Origin: Synechococcus sp.
Lineage (GTDB): Bacteria; Cyanobacteriota; Cyanobacteriia; Thermostichales; PCC-7336
DNA: 14,002 bases
NCBI GenBank assembly: GCA_051439425.1
Contig: JBFRWD010000012.1
Location: 1-14,002 of the forward strand
Reading direction: 5' to 3'
This document shows, in pieces, positions 1 through 6,078 of this stretch. Numbering within the stretch: the stretch's first letter is position 1; each line of letters opens with the position of its first letter. Position numbers and translations under genes: made by a program. The notes beneath the pieces are model-generated. The model worked only from the letters and a program-made list of their open reading frames with translations. It did not search any database and was not told where the DNA came from.

Positions 1-416
1 CAATAGTCCTCAGCAGACTGGGCATCAAATGCGGCACGATAATGCCCAGTCACCACCGCACGGTCGGAGACGGTGATGGCTGCAATCCCAACGAGCCATT
101 CACGAGTGCTTGCAACCCCCAACCGGACGCGAGGAGGTAGAGCAGGATTGTTGCGAATTTCGTCCAACACATTGGGAGGGTTATCCTGCCACCTCTGCCA
201 GACCGGGCTTTGGTCTAAGCTGTCCTCCTTTAAAGTGCTGTCCACCTGTGATGTGCTGTCCTCCGGTAACGGATCGATCTCGCGATCGCCGATGTCCGAA
301 CTGCTGTTTTTCCAATCGACGTCTCCAGATACAGAATTGGTTTGGGCGATGGTGGGAAGCACCGAGACAATCTGAAACAGCAATGCGATCGCCACCCCCT
401 TCGCAATCGATCTCAT
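1..416 (-). CDS. Probable exported cyanobacterial hypothetical protein, 5' part only (runs off the left edge)
   Basis: Manual translation from ATG 416 (alternative in-frame ATG 461) is open to base 1: MRSIAKGVAIALLFQIVSVLPTIAQTNS...SPVWQRWQDNPPNVLDEIRNNPALPPRVRLGVASTREWLVGIAAITVSDRAVVTGHYRAAF... It has a signal-peptide-like N-terminus and an acidic linker. It is absent from the ORF track because no stop lies in the window. Confidence 0.75.
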   Translation of the reverse strand, partial: MRSIAKGVAIALLFQIVSVLPTIAQTNSVSGDVDWKNSSSDIGDREIDPLPEDSTSQVDSTLKEDSLDQSPVWQRWQDNPPNVLDEIRNNPALPPRVRLGVASTREWLVGIAAITVSDRAVVTGHYRAAFDAQSAEDY

Positions 417-841
417 AGCCGGTGATTGACCCAGCGACGAAAGGATGGCCCATTGATGCATCACACAAACCGCTCCATCACTTAAACCATCAGGCAACTA
501 AACTGCCGAGTACCTTCGCGATCGGCAGCAGCCCACCTCGTTCCATTCGATGCGTGGCAGACAGCCTCAAGAATAGCGAGTGAACGCTAGCCTGCCGATA
601 GATAGTTGTTCTCAGTTACCACTCGGATTGGGTGATACATAGCCTTCTTCGCCACGATCTCAATCCATTCGCCAGTAATGCATCGCTTTTATGACAGTTC
701 TTTGACACATTAGAACCACATCGCAATCTACTCATCACAATACGAGACAGACCAGAAGATGCAGACTAAACGAAGACCGCTCTGAACAATCACAAGCGGC
801 ATGTCTCTCGTCATAACACCGACAGTAGCTATCCACTCAGG

Positions 842-864
842 CATACCCACTCGGTATGTATACT
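842..864 (+). promoter_or_regulatory. Putative -10 box with an adjacent operator-like palindrome upstream of receiver gene 1
   Basis: CATACC-N5-GGTATG (842-858) directly abuts TATACT (859-864). A TATACT also lies at a similar distance upstream of the paralog (3092-3097). Confidence 0.4.
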
Positions 865-932
865 GTTGTTAATTAAGGAACAATATGGATGTACAATTCA
901 TATCTTCAACATTGTGATTTTCGTCCTGGGTT

Positions 933-1652
933 ATGAACGCAACGGATTCAACTACCATTCGTGTGCTGATTGCAGACGAGCGAGGTCTCGCCCAGTCGAT
1001 GCTCAGAGCTTACTTGAATGACGATCCATCGATTCAACTGGTGGGAGACACTGGTGATGGCCAATCCACCATTACCCAGATTCAGCAGCATAAACCCGAT
1101 GTCACGATTCTGGATATAGAGAGACTGGGAAACGATGGTTTGATTGCAATGCAGGCGATCGCCCAGCATTGCCCAGAAACCAAAATCCTCATCCTGAGCG
1201 GTCGTAACGACTCCGCTCTGCTGAACCGGGCTCTGCAGCTAGGAGTCAAAGGATACCTGAATCGAGCAACTCCCCCTTCAGAGCTGATTGATGCCATACA
1301 TTACATTCACAAGGGCTACTTGCAGTTGGGGCCAGGTTTGATCGAGCACATGCTGAGTAATCGCACCGCTTCGGAAACAGTCCAGCAACCACCAGTCCGA
1401 CGAACCAGCCTACGCCCAATTCGTTCCGAACCGTTGGGGAATACCGATTTGGGAAACGTCGAACCGACAACGGATGGTGCCAATCGCGAAGAAGTGACAC
1501 AAAGTCTGTTCAATGCCCGCAGACAAGAGAGCCAGCAAAGCTCGTCCATTACTCAACGCATCAAACGGCTTGAAAGAGCAGTCATGAATTTATGGGTTGC
1601 ATTAGCTGTATTGGCATCCATTGGATTCGCCATTGTCTTAGCAACCAATTAA
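933..1652 (+). CDS. Atypical NarL-like response regulator receiver protein with coiled coil and C-terminal transmembrane helix, no HTH
   Basis: REC motifs IRVLIADE, PDVTILD61, KILILS89 and GVKGYLNR111, then IHKGYLQLGPG. A low-complexity linker and RIKRLER follow, and the protein ends in a hydrophobic tail (LWVALAVLASIGFAIVLA). Confidence 0.9.
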   Translation: MNATDSTTIRVLIADERGLAQSMLRAYLNDDPSIQLVGDTGDGQSTITQIQQHKPDVTILDIERLGNDGLIAMQAIAQHCPETKILILSGRNDSALLNRALQLGVKGYLNRATPPSELIDAIHYIHKGYLQLGPGLIEHMLSNRTASETVQQPPVRRTSLRPIRSEPLGNTDLGNVEPTTDGANREEVTQSLFNARRQESQQSSSITQRIKRLERAVMNLWVALAVLASIGFAIVLATN

Positions 1653-1654
1653 TT

Positions 1655-1676
1655 GTTGGGTGATAGGCTACCCAAC
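1655..1676 (+). terminator. Hairpin immediately after the stop of receiver gene 1 (possible terminator or stabiliser)
   Basis: GTTGGGT (1655-1661) pairs with ACCCAAC (1670-1676) around an 8-nt loop. There is no U-tract. Confidence 0.35.
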
Positions 1677-1966
1677 CCCCAGATTGACTGTCTGTTTAAG
1701 GAGCTTGAGAGAGAGCTCTCATAAACGCACGGCTACCATATCTCCAAATCCTTGTTGAAATCATGGAGGTGTTCGAAGTTTTGGGCCTACTGCAGTATTC
1801 GAAATAGCGGACCATTACAGGCTACTAGTACCACATCACATTAGCCACCACTACAAATAATTCAAGCCAGTACTCACTTTTTCTGAGTTCGTAGAATCTG
1901 CTGCCTTGTATGGCAGCAAGCAAAAGCATTTTGCCAGAGATTGTACAGGGCTCTCAAGTCCCTTTC

Positions 1967-2071
1967 TATCGCAATCTGCTGTAATGCCTGGAGGGTTGAG
2001 ACTTGGAAAATACTTGACTTTTAAGGAAAAGTAGTTAGGAAGGTCTCCATAGCAGATTGTCGATTGTTATA
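1967..2071. repeat. 105-bp hairpin element, copy A (MITE-like or structured ncRNA)
   Basis: Aligns without gaps to 4161-4265 at 65/105 identity by manual count. CAATCTGCT pairs with AGCAGATTG, and the ends are TATCGC...GTTATA. Confidence 0.7.
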
Positions 2072-2346
2072 TGTATCTCTTAAGTATTACAACAATGCTA
2101 TGAGGATTGAGACTAGACCATCAATCGTTGAAATTTCATCCAAAATCTGCGGACTGTGTCGGGGCAGGGCTCTCCAACACTTTTTTCTACAAAAAATGAG
2201 GCTCATTTGGTTGATGTGCCAGTCATCCAGATCGTCCAAACGTTGAATGAAATTTAGTTCAGTTACCCGTATCAGTTAAAATGCATCATGAAATTTGTCC
2301 AGATGGCATTTAACAAGCCGTGTGGGAATGGGCATCGGAGGATCGC

Positions 2347-2559
2347 ATGGAAGACTTACGGCAAATTGATATTGAGCTGGTCAAATTAAACGCTCGTCGG
2401 AGAGAACTAGAGCAGAAGCGTCAGCAGACTGTGGACGAAACCATTGAGAAGCTGTTAGCCGAACTCGAATCGCTGGGGATCAGTCGAGGCTATGTTGCTA
2501 ACTTCATCAGCCGTTCTGTTCCTGACACCGATCTCCAAGCTCCTGGGGGAGAAGGCTAG
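2347..2559 (+). CDS. Small (70 aa) coiled-coil hypothetical protein
   Basis: GGAGG RBS at 2337-2341 lies 5 nt before ATG 2347. The sequence is helical and charged (MEDLRQIDIELVKLNARRRELEQKRQQTVDETIEKLLAELESLGIS...), and a terminator follows directly. Confidence 0.75.
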   Translation: MEDLRQIDIELVKLNARRRELEQKRQQTVDETIEKLLAELESLGISRGYVANFISRSVPDTDLQAPGGEG

Positions 2560-2580
2560 AGCTTTACCGTATCGTTCTAG

Positions 2581-2611
2581 TGGCGCCCCCAGAGGGCGCC
2601 ATTTCATTCTT
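2581..2611 (+). terminator. Rho-independent terminator of the small ORF
   Basis: TGGCGCCC-ccaga-GGGCGCCA (2581-2601) followed by TTTCATTCTT, 21 nt after the stop codon. Confidence 0.75.
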
Positions 2612-3162
2612 CGGTTGCAAACCAGTTCTCCCCCCCCCAAAATCACTAGTTTTGGCCTGTTAGGAAGGCCGCACCGCTGCCAAGCAAGTGACTGGACAGA
2701 GCAGGTTTTACAGTCACACAACCCATTGAACCGATCTATAAGTAGCAGTTACAGTCTGCCTTTCAGTTTGCTAGACCACATTCGACAACCAGAGACACTC
2801 ATCCATTTTCTAACCTGAACTCGATAGGGCTCCTGCTCCCCTCTCCCTCATTACTAGAAGCAAGCAAGAGACGATCAATTCTAATGATGTCGCCGCGCGC
2901 TAAAGGTAATGATTCCATGCAACTATATTTCCGATGAACTTACTATTTTCCTAACTTCAGCATCTAGCCCAAAATTGTTACAAAGTGAGAGAAATAGCCT
3001 TACCAAAAAATTGACATTCACGTGTCCTTACGTAGAGATGTAATCAATCGCCATCTTATATCGGTAATTTCCCCCATGCGCAGCTGCTAACTATACTTGT
3101 TGTAGTTGGGTGATATGGTTAAGGGAATAGATAGATTAAGTTGCTGAGCTTTCACTTAAATT

Positions 3163-3915
3163 ATGATCGTGCAGGATTCAACCACCATCAGCGTACTGAT
3201 TGTGGACGACCAGAGCTTCGTCCAAGAGATGTTGAAGACTTACCTGTCCAGCGATCCAGGTATTAACGTGGTAGGTAGTGCCAGTAGCGGACAAGCTGCC
3301 ATCGCCCAAATCGAAGCGCTCCGCCCTGATATCGCCATCATGGATATCGAGATGCCTGGTCTTGATGGCTTATCGACATGCAAAGCCATCGCCAAACGCT
3401 TTCCCGATACCAAAGTTTTAGTTCTCAGCACCCACGACGACATCGAATATCTCAATCGGGCGTTACAAGTGGGCGTTAAAGGTTATCTACACAAAGCAAC
3501 CCCCCCAGCGGAACTGATCAGCGCAGTTCACTCTATCCATAAGGGCTACTTTCAACTCGGTCCCGGTATGCAAGAACAGGTCTTGCAAGCCAACTTCAAT
3601 CAAGATACTGCGGACATAATTCCTGCAGATACAAGTGACGAGAGGGGGAATCAACTGAATGCTCTGGCCAGCCAATCCTCCCCGCAACCCTACTACACTG
3701 TCGACGAGCCCTTCTCAAGACCTGTGACTGACGAAGTAGTGTTTTCAGGGACTGAAGTTAAGGGATTGTCCCCCCAAGAACGGCTTCGCCTCGAGCACCA
3801 ATTGGGCAAGGCAGTTAACCGTATCAACGACCTGGAGAGAACGACACTAATCATTTGTCTAACCTTAGTTATTTTGGCAACTCTCGGTTTTATCTACTTG
3901 TTGTTCCTCTATTAA
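3163..3915 (+). CDS. NarL-like response regulator receiver protein with coiled coil and C-terminal transmembrane helix, no HTH
   Basis: Canonical REC residues D15-D16, D61 (MDIEMP), S89 and K111 (GYLHK), then IHKGYFQLGPG. The tail is RINDLER plus TLIICLTLVILATLGFIYLLFLY. It is 78/141 identical to 933-1652 over the N-terminal domain by manual count. Confidence 0.92.
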   Translation: MIVQDSTTISVLIVDDQSFVQEMLKTYLSSDPGINVVGSASSGQAAIAQIEALRPDIAIMDIEMPGLDGLSTCKAIAKRFPDTKVLVLSTHDDIEYLNRALQVGVKGYLHKATPPAELISAVHSIHKGYFQLGPGMQEQVLQANFNQDTADIIPADTSDERGNQLNALASQSSPQPYYTVDEPFSRPVTDEVVFSGTEVKGLSPQERLRLEHQLGKAVNRINDLERTTLIICLTLVILATLGFIYLLFLY

Positions 3916-4117
3916 TTTTCTGCCACTTTCTGGATAATTGAATGCGATAGAAGAGGCACCAGTTGTATGCCATAGTCGCTCGCAATTAATTAGGATGATG
4001 TTTTGAATATCTAGTGAAGTTCTTAAATGGCCGAACCTCCAGAGCCCCATTTTTAACTATTGGGCCAACCAGGAAGGACCCAACTAAGTAGGTGCACTGG
4101 AAAATAATTCACCCACG

Positions 4118-4159
4118 CAAATCAGCGCTTGTCCAAAGCTCTTGTCAAGCGCTGATTTG
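4118..4159. terminator. Perfect 14-bp inverted repeat between convergent genes (probable terminator or stabilising hairpin)
   Basis: CAAATCAGCGCTTG (4118-4131) and CAAGCGCTGATTTG (4146-4159) with a 14-nt loop, lying between receiver gene 2 and metK. Confidence 0.55.
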
Positions 4160-4160
4160 A

Positions 4161-4265
4161 TATAGCAATCCGCTGGAGGGGCTGGAGGGCGAGGATAGTT
4201 CAAACCCTAGATCTACCGAGAAACGTAGCTAGAGGATCCTCCATAGCTGATTGCAGAAAGCTATA
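4161..4265. repeat. 105-bp hairpin element, copy B (MITE-like or structured ncRNA)
   Basis: Terminal inverted repeat GATATAGC (4159-4166) / GCTATATC (4260-4267). Nested stems are GCAATC/GATTGC, GAGGAT/ATCCTC, CTAG/CTAG and CTAC/GTAG. Homologous to 1967-2071. Confidence 0.7.
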
Positions 4266-4285
4266 TCGACCAAGCAGGGGCTCGA

Positions 4286-5535
4286 CTACTGCACCGTAGT
4301 GGCTAGAGCGGCCTCTTTTAAGACTGCAGCTTTATCAATTGCTTCCCACGGCAAATCGAGATGGGTCTGGCCCATATGACCGTAGCTAGCAATATTTTGA
4401 TAGAAGCGCCCACCTCGTTGTTGTGGCAGTTGGCGCAGGTTAAAGTGGGAGGCGATCGCTGCCGGACGAAGGTCAAAATTCTGAGTCACTAAGTCGAGCA
4501 GCGCTTCTTCAGAAATTTTGCCAGTACCAAAGGTATCTACCAAGATACTGACCGGACGAGCAACCCCAATGGCGTAACTCACTTGGACTTCACATTTATC
4601 GGCCAACCCAGCTGCAACGATATTCTTTGCCACGTAGCGGCAAGCGTAGGCAGCACTGCGATCGACTTTTGTTGGGTCCTTGCCGGAAAATGCTCCCCCC
4701 CCATGCCGAGAATAACCGCCGTAGGTATCGACAATGATCTTGCGGCCGGTTAGCCCAGAATCTCCTTGAGGGCCACCAATCACAAACTTGCCAGTGGGAT
4801 TCACGAGAATGCGAGTAGTCTCCGATGGCTGCAGCGCCAATCCTTCGAACGCGGGACGAATAACCGATTGCATCAAATCCGCTCGGATGCGAGCCTGTAC
4901 CTCATCGTTGCTGGTCAGATCGTCGATGGTTTCTGAATGCTGGGTAGAAATCAGGATGGTGTCGATGCCGACGGGATTACCATCCTCGTATGCAACAGTG
5001 ACTTGCGCTTTTCCATCTGGGCCTAGATACGCTAGCGTTCCATTCTTGCGAACTTCAGCCAACGTACGGGTTAGACGATGAGCCACACTAATAGGCAGCG
5101 GCATCAGTTCAGGCGTTTCATTACAGGCGAATCCAAACATGAGTCCTTGGTCGCCAGCCCCAATCGAATCAAACGAATCATCGCCCCCCCCCGATTTTCA
5201 AGAGCGACATCTACCCCTTGGGCAATATCTGGTGACTGCTCGTCGAGGGCAATCAGGACAGAGCAACTATTGGCCGCAAATCCGTTATTGGAATCGGTGT
5301 AGCCAATTTCGGCAATCTTGTCCCGAACTAACTGAGTGTAATTGACAGTAGCTTGGGTGGAAATTTCTCCGGTCACGAGCACAAGACCAGTATTGACCAC
5401 AACCTCTGCCGCCACCCGACTAGCTGGATCGGCAGTTAATAGAGCATCTAGAATAGCGTCTGAAATTTGATCGCAAATCTTGTCTGGGTGCCCTTCTGTC
5501 ACAGATTCGGAAGAAAACAAATAGCGTCTGGTCAC
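4286..5535 (-). CDS. metK: S-adenosylmethionine synthetase, frameshifted at a G9 homopolymer (5184-5192) as sequenced
   Basis: The N-terminal frame gives [24 protein letters not shown] and [10 protein letters not shown]. The C-terminal frame gives (IGAGDQGL)[20 protein letters not shown] and [19 protein letters not shown]. Likely start is GTG 5535. One extra G joins the frames into a 416-aa protein. Confidence 0.95.
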
Positions 5536-5774
5536 AGTGGAGATCTCATAAAACATCAGAGCTTCCCAGCGGAACCACACCCTAGAAGGAAGATACAGGT
5601 CACAACAGTGCTAGACAGACAGCCTCTCAATTCGGCATGGAAACGGAGACATTCTCAATCAACTGTTATGGCTCCCCTCATGGATAGGTGCAGACAGGCG
5701 GTGTCAGCTTGTCTCGGCCTTTGACCGATGACTGAAAGAGAACGGATTGGACTCAGAATGTGGGCAAGACTTGC

Positions 5775-5910
5775 ACTTTATCTGTCGGTTCCGTTCAACC
5801 GCAGGAGTTGGCACCGTGATAGAGCGTCATGGGAGGGGTGGGGCCATCCCTAGGTCTATCGGGTTGCCGCAGCGTCAAAGGGCCAGTCCCTCAGCTGCTC
5901 TGGATAAAGC
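5775..5910 (-). ncRNA. SAM-I (S-box) riboswitch
   Basis: Minus strand reads GCTTTATCCAGAGCAGCTGAGGGACTGGCCCTTTGACGCTGCGGCAACC...CGGTGCCAACTCCTGCGGTTGAACGGAACCGACAGATAAAGT. P1 is GCTTTATC/GATAAAGT, P2 has the kink-turn and GGGACTGGCCC loop, P3 is GGCAACC/GGTGCC and P4 is CGGTT/AACCG. It lies upstream of metK. Confidence 0.95.
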
Positions 5911-5919
5911 CATATCAGT

Positions 5920-5948
5920 ATAATAAGTGCTAAGTGTGGGGTCGTCAA
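5920..5948 (-). promoter_or_regulatory. Sigma70-type promoter driving the riboswitch-metK transcript
   Basis: Minus strand TTGACG (5948-5943), 17-nt spacer, TATTAT (5925-5920). The predicted start site near 5913 falls just before riboswitch P1 at 5910. Confidence 0.75.
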
Positions 5949-6078
5949 AACTAAGTTGTAGCTCTAGATTTGTTTCATCGCTTCTGGCTGACTCTGATGA
6001 TTATGTTTCCGCTCTCTGCCCTCGCCAGTCTCGCGCGTTTTCCATCCCCCAGAATGGCCATGTAGAACTGAAATTCAG

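Noticed and set aside
73..468. Track ORFs 73-375(+), 110-418(+) and 181-468(-)
   Set aside because: They overlap the better-supported minus-strand frame from 416 and have unprotein-like composition; shadow ORFs.
1700..1965. Several short palindromes and hairpins (GAGAGCTCTC, TACTGCAGTA, TGCTGCC/GGCAGCA, GCAAAA/TTTTGC) as a possible sRNA or array
   Set aside because: The stems are short, unrelated to each other and irregularly spaced; there is no repeat-spacer pattern, so this is not CRISPR and no RNA family is recognisable.
1967..2071. Hairpin element as an integron attC site or retron msr-msd
   Set aside because: No RYYYAAC...GTTRRRY boxes at the ends, and no integrase or reverse transcriptase in the window.
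2630..2638. C9 homopolymer as a phase-variation tract
   Set aside because: It is intergenic, downstream of a terminator, and not within a recognisable promoter or ORF.
2064..2818. ORFs 2064-2246(+), 2455-2721(-) and 2492-2818(+)
   Set aside because: No RBS or recognisable motifs; the latter two overlap the small gene and its terminator.
3011..3044. Perfect TTGACA as the -35 of receiver gene 2
   Set aside because: No TAnnnT hexamer at 16-18 nt spacing.
1163..4451. HIP1-free stretch as proof of horizontal acquisition
   Set aside because: A similar gap (7418-10001) occurs in housekeeping genes, so it is not significant at this density.
4286..5580. metK as two separate genes or a decayed pseudogene
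   Set aside because: A single indel at a homopolymer explains the split; the motifs, riboswitch and promoter are intact.
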